Shown: piece by piece, positions 1 through 12,600 of the stretch
How the letters are laid out: each line of letters begins with the position of its first letter
How positions within the stretch are numbered: position 1 is the stretch's first letter
NCBI GenBank assembly: GCA_910592345.1
Contig: CAJVPI010000245.1
Coordinates: 1-39,583 of the forward strand
Length of the DNA: 39,583 nt
Direction of reading: 5' to 3'
Origin: Paraglomus brasilianum
Taxonomy: Eukaryota
Notes under the pieces: generated by a model
Databases searched by the model: none
Told to the model about the DNA's origin: nothing
Seen by the model: only the letters and a program-made list of their open reading frames with translations
Translations under genes and position numbers: made by a program

Positions 1-265
1 TTTGTTACATGCGTGCGAATTCGACATATAATTTACGAAATTTTGTGTTACTCAGTCATTTATGGGAGGGGGCTGTATATCTTTTCTGAAACCACACTTC
101 ACTTTTCCTCCCCACTTTTGTCGTAACATTGGTAGACGCTTTTGTATAACATTTATTTAAATAAGCTAAAGCGTTTATGTAACTCGTCCTACGTATGCAC
201 GTGATGTTTAGATCATTAGATCGTGGAGTAGTTCTTAACGAAAGAACTATACTATTACTATTGCT

Positions 266-2972
266 ATGTCCCAAGAACAAAAATATGATAATAATAATGC
301 ATGGATAGACAATGGCATTCGAGACAGAACAATACAGTGCTATTCAGAAGGCGAATATAGCATAGACTACAGATGTATTGTTGGTCGTGGTAAATACGGA
401 GTGACGTTCGAAGCAAGGGTGAAAGAAACTGAAAACTTCGTTTCCGGATCAATATGGCTCATATAAGAGATTTGTCAAAGAGGTTACTGTTGCTTGTCTT
501 TACTGCGTTTTCGTTACTGTTGAACGGGTATATTTTGGTCATGTAACTAAAATTTACCGTCATTGTTATAATTAGTTGAAAACCCATCAGAAGGTGGGTT
601 CCCACCCGAATGTCATTCAATTTTTGGGGCTATACAGAGGTAGAGTGCTTCATCTCGAAGTTGGTTGCGAAAATAGGCGTCATGCTATGCTTAATCAAAC
701 AGTAGTAGCGAGTTATACAGAGTCGTAACCTCCTGTTCTATTCCATTATTATTATACGAATAGATAAATCCGATCGTTATCACATGATTTTGGAATTTGC
801 TGACGATGGAAGCTTGCGGCCAGACATACTAATCTAAATTGGAGGGAGAAATACAAATTAGCCTTGGAAATTACTAATGGGCTAAGACATCTACACGGTT
901 TAAATATCATTCATAAGGACTTGGTACGGATTGTTCATTTTTCCGTGCATTTGGAGTCTTAAGCGTAACCTGATGCAAGTGGCTGTATTGCTATTTTTAT
1001 TTTAGTCTTCTACAAATATTCTTATTCGAGAAGGTATTGCAAAGATAACCGACTTCGGTTTGTCTAGCGTACTAAGACAAATAATGTCCTCGTCAAATGG
1101 TGAAGGCAGTGCAGCATATACGGACCCAGCATCTTTTCGTGATTATCAATACCGACGTACAAGGAAATCCGATGTCTTTAGTCTTGGAGTAATCCTATGG
1201 GAAATATCTAGTGGGAAAATTCCGTGTGAAGGACGTACCGAAACTTTTAGAATTGTGATGTATATAGTCCAAGGCGGTCGTGATGCCCCATTTTCCGGAA
1301 CACCCAAAGAATATGTCGAACTGTATTCAGAATGTTGGGATGAAGACCCAAACAAGCGGCCATTTTGTGAAAATGTTTATGAGAGGTTGATGTATGATAA
1401 TGCATTATATGACTTCAACAAATCTGAGCCGGATAATGCGAATGCAATGAGAAATGAGGGAATTGTCTATCTTAATCTCGAGCAGTATGAGGATGCATTG
1501 GAGGCTTTCAATAAATCATTAGATATTGAACCAGATCATGCATGGACGTTGAGCAGAAGGGGGAATGTCTATATAAATCTTGAACAATGTGACAGGGCAT
1601 TAAATGACTTCAACAAATCATTGGCTATTGAACCAAATGATGCGTATGCATTGAGAAACAGGGGAGATGTCTATCTTGATCTTAAACAGTATGATGATGC
1701 ATTGAATGACTTAGATAAATCACTAAGGATTGAACCAAATAATGCTTGGACATGGGGTAGAAGGGGAGCTGTCTATCTTGATCTTAAACGGTATGGTGAT
1801 GCATTGAATGACTTGGATAAATCATTAGCTATTGAACCTGATTATGCATGGACATTGAGCAGAAGGGGGTATGTCTATATAAATCTTAAGCAATATGCAG
1901 GGCGTTAAATGACTTCAACAAATCATTGGCTATTGAACCAAATGATGCGTATGCATTGAGGAACAGGGGATATCTTGTTCTTAAACAGTATGATGATGCG
2001 TTGAATGACTTAGATAAATCACTAAAGATTGATCCAAATGATGCTTGGACGTGGGGTAGAAGGGGAGCTGTCTATCTTGATCTTAAACGGTATGGTGATG
2101 CATTGAATGACTTGGATAAATCATTAGCTATTGAACCAGATCATGCATGGACGTTGAGCAGAAGGGGGAATGTCTATATAAATCTTGAACAATGTGACAG
2201 GGCATTAAATGACTTCAACAAATCGTTGGCTATTGAACCAAATGATGCGTATGCATTGAGGAACAGGGGATATGTCTATCTTGTTCTTAAACAGTATGAT
2301 GATGCATTGAATGACTTAGATAAATCACTAAAGATTGAACCAAATGATGCATGTGCATTGAGAAATAGAGGTACTGTCTATCACGAGCTTCAACAGTATG
2401 ATAATGCATTGAGCGATCTTGATACAGCATTGGAAATTAAACCAAATGATGCGGATGCATTGAGAGTAAGAGGAAATTTCTATCTTTTACTTAATCGATA
2501 TGACAAGGCATTGACAGATCTGAACAGATCGTTGGAGGTCAAACCGAACGACGCGTTGACATTGGGAAATAGGGGAGTTGTTTATTTTAAACTCCAACAA
2601 TACGATAATGCTTTGCATGATCTCAACAAATCATTGAAGATTAAACCACACAATGCAGGGATATTGAGCATGAGGGGGAATGTATATCAAAAGCTTTATC
2701 GGTATGATAATGCATTGTATGATCTCAGCAAATCGTTGGAGATTGAACCAAATAACCCGTTTACGTTGAGCGTAAGGGGAAACGTCTATCTTAAACGTGA
2801 ACAATATGACGAGGCATTAACAGATTTGAATCTATTAGTAGCAATTAAACCAAATGACGCGCTGGCATTGAGAGCAAGGGGGACCGTCTATATCAAACTT
2901 AAGCAACGTGGCAATGCATTAAATGATATTAATAAATCGTTGGAAATTAATCTAAATAATGCATTTGAATAG
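266..2972 (+). pseudogene. TKL-type protein kinase + ~15 TPR repeats, frameshifted paralogue of 19358-21393
   Basis: Exons ~266-482, 576-639, 764-923, 1006-2972 with GT-AG introns at the same positions as the intact paralogue. Motifs GRGKYG, HPNVIQFLG, HKDL|SSTNIL, DFG, SDVFSLG, then 34-aa TPRs. Frameshifting deletions at ~430 (VAVK motif disrupted), ~820 and ~1897 (caatatgcagg vs caatgtgacagg in sister repeats). Confidence 0.88.
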
Positions 2973-4019
2973 ATTAAGAGGGAAGGAGACTGATTATTAT
3001 GCGAAGATTTGAGATGCAATAATAGAGAGCAATTATCAATGATACAGTCTCTGTGGCGGTAAGGTTCATTTATTACATCGATTCCAACTTTAATTTATAA
3101 CCAAAAAATGAATTTATATAGAGCTTTGCTCCTATTTTGACATCAGACATTGTTTATTTTGAAGAAAGACAGCCTGTGTAATTTATGATGTTACGTAATA
3201 GCAATGATCATTTCATTTTATATAAAATCATACAAATATAAATGTGTGGCAACATTGGTTATGTTCTGTAAGTGCGAAATGATTTGTAGGTGCCCTTAAT
3301 GTTAACTGAAAGGTAGAATTGTTGATAATGTTACGGTCGGGAATTAAATGGGAGAGCGATTTTATCTTTCGCGTAGGTGTGTTCGCCGAGGGGATGTTAC
3401 AAAGCTTAGCTCGTACTATCGCCCTTACTACGATAGTTGTACAATTGAGACTCAAGTGACCTATTTTAATTATGCGCGCTTCTCACTCCTATCCGAGTTT
3501 CAAACACTCGTGAATACAAATAAGGGTATTTCTAATAAAATATTATTCTACTAAAGACGAAGGGGAATAATACTATTTTTAAAATTAAACAGGGCTATCT
3601 TCGATTTGTGTTTCGACTAGTCGGTATCCGTCACTTGTCTTTACTAAACTAATTAAACAATATCAGGTTTTGCGCAACATAGTATTGTTTATAGTTTATT
3701 CACTCCTTTTGTCTCAGCTCACAATAACTCTGTAAATATTAAATATATTATCGGATTTAAATAAAAGCGGAGAAAAAAAATATAACAAAATGACGACGAT
3801 GATAGTAATTATTAGTGCTAGCATGGCATTAAAGAGTTGGAAAACGGGAGAACATTTTAACTCAACAAGAGGGTAGTTATCTGAGACTTGTTAATAGTTT
3901 GGAGAATTTTATTCATGGAAAAAAATTATTCAATGAAACGCAAGCTCAACACAATTTTTAGCTAATAATTAAAATTTTAAATGAAACATGTAATAATTGC
4001 GAAAATCTTTCCTTTAAAG

Positions 4020-4341
4020 GAAACTTCTATTAGAGCAAAACCAAATTGTGTTGTTAAATGTAAATGTCCCGAATCTCACACAAACAGACCTTGCAAACCA
4101 ATTTAAATGTGGAACTAGTACTGCTAGAGTCTTAAACAAATGACTTAGATAGTTACGTCAATAAGGCTAACGACTTGTATACGTGAAGAAGGTCATTGTA
4201 ACTTGGATCGTTTTATGTCGTTACACTTTTTGATATACTATTGCGTCTTAAACTCCATTTCTATATACTTTTTCTTTTGCATATTACCGAATCTCATTCA
4301 AAGAGCTGTGCCAAACCGCCCGGTATAAACAGGTTTCACTG
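4020..4341 (+). mobile_element. pogo/Tigger-like DNA transposon relic (N-terminal HTH fragment plus one terminal repeat)
   Basis: ~4068-4143 reads PNLTQTDLANQFKCGTSTARVLNK*, resembling the CENP-B/pogo N-terminal HTH. 4321-4341 followed by TA is the reverse complement of TA-CAGTGAAACCTGTTTATACCG, a pogo-like end. Matching left end not found. Confidence 0.5.
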
Positions 4342-4700
4342 TATTTGGGTTATTATGCCTGTTTGGGGGAACTGTATAATAATAAGTTATGACCGAGTGA
4401 TGGCACAAATTCACTTGTCTGGTCATTCTTTTTATGATAGCAAAACTAGAAACTGTTCTTCTACAGTTATTATTATAGCAAACCCTGATCGTCAATGGCG
4501 TGTATCACCGAAATTTGCAGATGATCTGTACCATAGTAGGACAAGGAAGCAAGTATGGATAAATGCTAATCACTTCAAACTCCGTTGAAGAAAGTTTAAC
4601 TTCCCAGTTAACCATCACGGATCACAATACTGATTTACTAGACCAGACATTAATTGATCACTTAGCGCATTTTCTTTCTATTCTGCTCTTTCGTCTTTTC

Positions 4701-7048
4701 ATGGCATCGTATACTGACATTGACGATAAAACCGATGTTGAGGCTGTTTCTCATTGGCTTTCGAAGTTTCTGAACGACCCTTCTGGTAAGAATGAGAGCT
4801 AATACGCATTACTAACTCTACAGTACACGTATGAATACTTAATGATAGATACATTATCCGTATATTACAGCTGCGACTTCACTGACATTGCCAGAAAAGA
4901 CCGAGCTTGTAAACGCCCTTATATCTGATCTTGATGTCCAGCAGGCCTGGAGTGATGAAGGTGCGCATCTCATTACTTTCTTACTCTCGTTGCGTCAAAC
5001 ATTTACAATCTCCTATCTATATAGTGCGTTTATTGGCTTTGCAGACATTAAAAATACTAGGACGTGTTGTCGACGGTTGCGGTCGTCTGCTGTCTGACGA
5101 GGTATCTTACCGTTAAATTAAGCCTATACACATATTGAATCCTTTGGCTGACTTAGTTTAACAATAGGGTTTTCGCATACTTATGACTCTCGCGACGCTA
5201 TTACCTGAGGGTGGCGATCTTCAAGACACTCTTGTCACACAGGAGGCATTGACTTGTATAGCTAACGCATTGCTGCTAGAAGAAGATACGCGAGATCTGT
5301 TTAACAAGTATGAAGGCGTTGAGGGCTTGACGAGAGGACTCAAGGTGAAGGCAAAACCAGATTTGCGAGTATCGGGAAATTCCTAATCGTGTGTAGATGC
5401 TAACTGGAATATTACTGGAATGCTGTTTGTTTAACGTTGGCAGAAAGGATCCCTCTCGATTAAGACAGAATTCCTCACATCTCGTATTCTTTTTGTAATG
5501 ACAGTACGTCCATTACCCTCTGTTGAGAGTCTAGTTGATCGTCTTGGTATAATTGATATTTTGGAACATGTAAGTGCTCGGCTCTGTTAGTATATATTAT
5601 TGCCTGACGCCTGAGTTAATGCTTTATATGCTTTAAGACTGTATCCACTCACGTTGAAGAATTGGGCCGGCAAGAGTCTAGTGGGGATGTACCAATGCAA
5701 ATAACGAGGGTCATGATTTTAAATGAGCAATTGAAATTGTTGTTCAATCTGATGATGAATGATCCTAAGATCGAGAAGGTAAACAAAGAGGAACAGCCAG
5801 CCATTTCTTTCAAATTCGAAAAGTAAGTGAATGAAGTGGGAATATAAATATGAACACTAAAGATAGGGTTATCGTAAACAAATAATAACTTATATTATTG
5901 CAGTTACCAAAAACTGCAACCGATACTAATAGGTGTTTTTCGATTAGACTTCTAGCACCTGTCCTTAGAGTAATTACCGAGCTCAAGCAATCGGGGCCTT
6001 TTCCAATGACACCACCACACTCTCACGCTGTTCACGCTCTTCTAAACTTTCCTGTCGCACAATACAAAAAAGTATGGTTTCCAGATAACCAGAAAGAAGG
6101 CGAAAGCCACCTGCTCATTGATAAACTAGTAGATATGTTGAAGAAAATGGTATTCTTTATAGTTAAAGGCGACCCTGATGATAACAATAGTGGGAAGAGC
6201 AATGGACTTGATATGGATGAGGCTATTGCTCCTTTTGTTGTGCTACTGAAGAAGTTGGCGGAGGATGATTATGATGCTAGAGTGATGTTAAAGTCGAAAC
6301 TGCTGCCAGATAATATGTACGTATACCAGAGATCTCTGCGTATACGATTTCTCCAATAGTTGTATGGCAGGTAGACTAACTTGCCATTTGCTTTGTTATT
6401 TCATAGTGACCGTTCTAAGCCACTCGAAAAAGGGGAAAGCCTTACGGCACGGCTTATTCGTCTTATGACTTCAGTCATGCTACCACATCTGCGTGACGGT
6501 GTGAGTGAATTGTTGTTTAAACTATGTGATGAGAATGGTAATTACAGTCTTTATCACAGAAGTTTGGTGTTGATAACAATAGAATGGTGGTGTGTGTGCT
6601 GTCGCTGTTGTTGCTATTGCTGTTTGCTACTAAATTATTATGCAACGCATATTTTAGCAGTGTCTTTCAGTAGCTAACTAATACATCATATTTCTAATCT
6701 TTAGCGAGTCTATTTGTTCATCATGTTGGATATGGTAACGCAGCTGGATTCCTAATGAGTCACAATATCACAATACCGTCAAGTGATCCAACTGCTCCGA
6801 TATATAGCGAGAAGCCCATCAACCCTATCACTGGTCAATATATGGAGGATGCACCGCTATCTCTTGCTAACATGACAGATGAAGAGAAAGAACGGGAGGC
6901 GGAACGTCTTTTCGTTCTGTTCGAGCGCCTCAAAAAAACAGGCGTTATGGACGTAGTCAATCCTGTTCAAGAAGCGATTAATTCGGGGAAGATTCGTGAG
7001 ATTGAAGAGAGGATTGCTAAAAAGGAGGTCGACGACGACGATGATTAG
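4701..7048 (+). CDS. RIC8: Ric8/synembryn G-alpha guanine nucleotide exchange factor and chaperone, 9 exons
   Basis: Exons 4701-4785, 4871-4960, 5025-5101, 5168-5344, 5444-5569, 5638-5822, 5948-6316, 6407-6537, 6705-7048 join in frame over GT-AG introns. Family motifs ALTCIANALLL, HVGYGNAAGFL, INPITGQ, MTDEEKEREAERLFVLFERLKKTG. Confidence 0.95.
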
Positions 7049-7205
7049 AGTAGATGTAGTATACTAGCTAGCATATTTATCTCAGAAAAAAGTATTTGGT
7101 AATCTGAAGTCGTTCAAATTAATTTATATTAACATTGTAGAATAGAACTGATGCTGTATAACAGTGTTGCTTTCATTTATCAATAAATTAATATAAACTA
7201 TTGCT

Positions 7206-8087
7206 TTATGAACTCAAAATTTTCTTTACAAATTCTATATTAGAAGAAAAAAATGGACGGTTAGTAAATCTGGTGAAGGAATTGAAATGTAGAGATATAC
7301 GTATTTCTACGACATTCTACTATCAAACATGAAGACTGACCGTGATAATTAATGCTTCCATTGTCATCGATGGTTTCATCTTTCAAAAGATCCTCGACTT
7401 CTGCTTCACTCAACTTTTCACCTAAATTAGTCAAGACTGAAAAACAATATAAATTAATTAATATAGGAAGCTTCAAATAACTTGTACATCCCATCAAGTC
7501 ATAGTATAAAAACTAACCATATTTGAGTTCGGTTACAGAAATATAGCCAGTCCTCTTTTTATCAAAGACCTGAAAGCCATCTACAAACTCCTCATAAGTC
7601 CCAGCTGGAGCAAATCCTCCAGGACGTTGAAGAACTTTTACAAATTCATCGAAGTTTACTAACGGGAAGATCAAGTATTAGAACACAAGCAAGGTAAATG
7701 GCAACAATGGACTTCTTTAAATAAGTAATTACGCCACCCTAATAACAACTGAGAGCACATCATTTAATACAACTTACTCTCGGATCCGTGAGACTCGGCA
7801 AGTTCTTTAACCTCGGTCTGTGTAGGATTCTGTCCAAGAGCACGAAGCACGTCGCCCAGAGTCTCGGACGGAATTGTGCCGGCTCCTTTCTTATCGAAGA
7901 GTGTAAAGGTCTCTTTATATTCTATTGCAAATGATGAGTGGATATATTGTTAAGAAGAACCAAAAGACAATGCTCCGTGTGTACCTTTCAGTTCTTGCTC
8001 GGAAGGCTATAAAAAACGTATAAGTAATATTGCGACAATAGAACCTTAAAGATAAGTTAGAGAACTTAACCTCTCAATACCAACCAT
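7206..8087 (-). CDS. cdc4: Myosin essential light chain (Cdc4/Mlc1-like EF-hand protein), 6 exons
   Basis: Exons 8087-8085 (ATG only), 8006-7985, 7921-7778, 7658-7518, 7436-7341, 7234-7206. Spliced protein [43 protein letters not shown]...[44 protein letters not shown]...[13 protein letters not shown] matches the Cdc4 pattern. TACTAAC branch point in the last intron. Confidence 0.93.
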
Positions 8088-8301
8088 TTCTAATTGCCCG
8101 TTATCTTATCGTCAGTCTCAACGAAACAGTTGAAACTAATACATTTCGGTGTCATGTGCCACAACAAACCAATCACGACGATTTGGTTTGGTTAGTCGTC
8201 TACTAGTATTAGTATTTGATAAGATGAAGACTACTATAAATGGTACTTATCACATGACATAAATAGTCATAGTTTCTTACTGTTATCAAATCTACAGGAT
8301 T

Positions 8302-9401
8302 ATGTCCCAAAACAGCAGAAATAAAAAGTGGTTGGAAGCAAGTCTTCAAAAAGGGTCAGTCTATTGTTGTCCGGTGGGCGACTTGTCATTAGAACCTAGG
8401 CCAATTGCCAACGGTGCGTCAGGCGTCATATACAAAGCGACGGTTAACCTTTGGCGAAAAGCAAGGTATCCCTTCTGGCAGGACTGTTGCGGTGAAGACC
8501 TTTATTGTGCACATATACAGAAATGAAGAAGAATTTTACAAACAGTTTGTCCGAGAGGTTACTTGATTCGCTATTATTATTGCATATTAATGCCTATTTT
8601 TATTATTATAGGCTAATGTTTGTTATTATCATCATACAATAGTTGAGTATCCACAAGCAGGCAAATGGCCACCCCAACATTATTCGTTTTCTAGGTCTAT
8701 TAAAAGGTTCGGTAAATGGTAACTAATGCTTATTGAGAATAATAGTAACGACTAATCCCGTTTCTATGTAAACAAACAGCCGCAAGCGATAATTATAGTA
8801 TGATATTGGAACTAGCTGACGGTGGAACTTTGCGTGAATACCTAGAGAAACACTTTACGAATTTGACATGGAAAGACAAATACAAATTGGGTTTAGGGAT
8901 TGTCAATGGGTTAAGATACTTGCATTCACTTGGTATAATTCATAAGGATTTGGTATGTATTGCAGATTGATCGTCTCTTTGTTCATCGTTATTACGTGTA
9001 TACTTAATCTCATTAAATACTATGTTATTTTATTCAGTCTTCGAAAAATATTCTTATTCAATTAGTCACTGCGAAGATTGCAGACTTTGGTCTGTCTGGT
9101 GTGTTGGAACAATGTCCCAATCTCATGGTCTTGGCACTGTACGGTACAAAGATCCGAAGTCTTTTGAGGATGAGGCATACATACGTGGGGGAAAATTAGC
9201 GGAGTAATGTTCTGGGCGGTAAGATTCCATGTGCATCTCTACAGATGATAGAGTCGTTGCGTCTAGACTTAGGGGCTTTCGTGATGACCCATTTCCTGGG
9301 ACGCCCGAAGAATATGAAAAACTGTATATGGAGTGTTGGGATGAAGATAAGAGATTAAAGATGTTGCAGTATTGTGATGCTGAACCAAATAATGCTGCGT
9401 A
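8302..9401 (+). pseudogene. Decayed TKL-type kinase paralogue, truncated at the first TPR
   Basis: Exons ~8302-8557, 8643-8706, 8780-8952, 9038-9401 with the same intron positions as 19358-21393. Motifs TVAVKT, HPNIIRFLG, HKDL|SSKNIL, DFG. Frameshifts at ~8447, ~9112 and several deletions in 9195-9380; ends ...KRLKMLQYCDAEPNNAA*. Confidence 0.88.
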
Positions 9402-9689
9402 AAATCGCAATTGTAATGTGTTCCTTGTATAAATATCGTGTACTTTCCCACGCACTCCGTGACCATATAAGGAAAATAAATGAGCAATCATGAAAAGGTC
9501 CGCATTGTGTCCACTCAAGATTCTTATCTTACCGTTACCCAATCTATTTGTGCCACGTCAGCCATTACGATAATAAATTAGCCCAAAGAAAAGTCAGTCG
9601 ACGCCTCAAAGCGCAACAGACAACGATAGCATTCCTTAGACCATTGAGTTTTCGGACAGATAACATTTGGGCTTTACCTATTTTCAAAG

Positions 9690-12600
9690 ATGAGAAGGAC
9701 CAAGATAGACGGAAGCAATTCACGATGGAGCAAGCGACGGACGATATATCAGACTGATGATGGAGAATCGTCACTTTCTCCAGCAAATAACAAAGCCGAA
9801 GACCAACTGTGTACGACTTTTGCGGATCTTTTTCAATTTGATCATTCTGATAATGACAACGAGAACGACGAGGTTGACGATATATTTAGGATTAATTGTC
9901 TTGGAACTCTGAGTACCGTTCAATTATGGGATGAAATGATCAAACGCTTAGAATCAGTGGTCAATGACAACGATAGGAGCTATAACCTCCTCAGATTACA
10001 TTCCTTATTAGTGACTGCTCAAGATCGGTTAGCTTACGACCAACTGGAAAACATCTTGCGCATAATGGGGACTGATAAAATTTCATATGGAATTCACAGA
10101 ATGACTACTAGCATGGAGTTGGAGGTACATCTCAGAGTATATATGTTAACATTAGAAGCAATTGCAAAGAGGCATTTTGTAATAACAAGGAAATTCCATG
10201 AGATTTTGCATGAACAACTTTCCAAGTTTTATGACGTTTATCAACGGCATACTAAAGTGCTAAAGAATGGCCTAAACAGAAACTTTAACTTTGAGTACAG
10301 TCCATACAATGAACAAAGAACTGCATATGACTTATGTTCTGGTTTAGACAAAGGTATTAGCTGCCAGAATTATAATATTGATTTCTTACTGATACATCTT
10401 TGGGACACTCTTCATGCAATGCATGATGATGAAACAATCTTATTTAAGATTATAAAATCACTGAAAGTTGTGTTTGCTAACTTGGTTGAAATTTTACCTG
10501 GTATGGCTAATATCATGGCAGATATTCAAACCCCATTTGATAACAATACATCCTTTGAGACATACAACAAGATTCAACAAGCTTTAAGTCCCAAGTTTCC
10601 TATCAACTATTGGTACAAGGATTGGATATATTTATACAGCACATATCAAGCCTTTGTTGAATGGTCAGAGATACCAATCAATAAGGATTTGGTTTTCAAA
10701 GGAGAATTGATGATTATTAAAGATTTATGGAGATTTGGAGATCAAGAATGGGCCAAAGCTGCTGTAAAACCAGAGTCAGACATGGATACCTTTAAGTCTA
10801 ACTTGAAGCATACTCTCATCCATATTGGTGGTTATGCTCCTGTATCATATCCATATTCTTTATTGTATGGTATACTAGAAATTACTGAGAAACTTATCTT
10901 ATCTACAAAGAATGCTAGTACTTTGGCTCACTGCTATTATCTTGCAAAATTGACACTTGACATTGTATTGACAGAAAATATTCAATTTAAAGCAGTGGAA
11001 GTCTTGATGACACTTCATAAGAAGGAACCAGATACATTTTCAGTTGTTCAAGCAGATCTATGTCAACATATTGAACATCTTGCAGTTTTGGATAAGACTA
11101 ATATACATGGGCTTCAAGATATGATAGGGTATTTTAATATGAAATACAAATTTACTAATACTAATGCAAACTCTGCATTAGGAATGTCAACCTCAAAGCA
11201 AAAAGCAGTGTTACAACAGAATCCTGAGGAATTGCTTGATTCTAATTCAGATGATTTGTTGATCTTGGATATGGTGGCAGATCATCTCACATGCCCCTTC
11301 ACTCAAAAAGTTACAGATGATTTTAGAGTACTGCCATGTGGACACAAAATAAGCCATTCAGCATTGGAAACATTTATGAAATTAAACTATGATTCATTAA
11401 AATGTTTCTATTGTAATAAAGAAATCCAGATCCAAGATACCAAAGCAATACCATGTTCACCTATCTATAAAGCGTTGTATGAAAAATTTGTTGAAACAGG
11501 ATACATTATGCCAATAGACAACACAACAAATTTTACAACAGCTGTAGAAAACCAGGATAACAGTGATGCTGAAGAATCTTCTATGATGAAGGCAAAGTTT
11601 CTGTATTTACTGAAAATGAGGCCCAAGAAAACTCTTATGCAAAAAATTAGAAGACCAAAGCGACAACACCCTACATACAGACAGGGCAAGAAAGCACTCA
11701 ACAAGGAGAGATATAGGGATGCAATACTGTGGCTGAAACGAGCACTTGAACATTATCCTAACAGTTCTACTATTCTGTATAATCTTGCTATGGCATACAT
11801 GAAAAGTACAGATTATCGAGAATGTTATAATTATATAACTAAATGTATTAGCTATAATCCTAAAAATCCTAGAGCTTGGGCATTACGTGGAAACAATTAT
11901 ATGTTGCAGTCTGACTACAGAAAATCACTTAATGATCTTAAACAATCATTGGAGCTTAAACCAAATGATGCATTTACATTGAGAATAAGGGGAACTGTCT
12001 ATTACAAGCTTCATCTGTATGATAGGGCATTGAATGATTTTAGTCAATCATTAGAGGCTAAACCAAATGATGCATTTACATTGAAAGCAAGAGGAACTGT
12101 CTATTCCACAATTCATCAGTATGATAGTGCATTAGTTGATTTCAACAAATCATTGAAGATTAAACCAACTGATCCAGACACATTGAATGCCAGGGGAGGT
12201 CTCTATTACAAGCTTGCTCAGTATGATAATGCTTTGAATGATTTCAGTAAGCTGTTGGTGATTAAACCAAATGATGCAGATACATTGAGAGCAAAGGGAA
12301 ACATCCATCTTGCACTTAACCAGAACAACAATGCATTGACTGATCTTAACAAATCATTGGAGATCAAACCAAATGATGCTGTTACATTGAGCATTAGGGG
12401 AACTGTCTACCTTAATCTTAAGCAATATAATAATGCATTAATTGATCTCAGCAAATCACTGGAAATTAGTCCAAATAATGCAGATACATTGAGTATAAGG
12501 GGAACTGTCTATTACAAACTTGCTCAGTATGAGAATGCTTTGAATGACTTCAGTAAATCATTGGAGATTAAACCAAATGATGCATCTACATTGAGAGGAT

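Noticed and set aside
1430..2970. Regular ~102-bp repeats as a CRISPR array or diversity-generating retroelement template
   Set aside because: The repeats are in-frame TPR coding units with no unique spacers, no cas or reverse transcriptase gene is present, and variation is not adenine-specific.
1926..2972. 348-aa ORF as a standalone TPR gene, or programmed frameshifting at ~1897
   Set aside because: It starts at TTG in mid-repeat and continues the upstream array after a 1-bp deletion; there is no slippery site, and the kinase exons carry further frameshifts.
7261..7497. 78-aa ORF as a separate EF-hand gene, or calmodulin
   Set aside because: It is exon 5 plus intron sequence of the myosin light chain gene; the spliced protein fits Cdc4/Mlc1 and lacks four canonical calcium loops.
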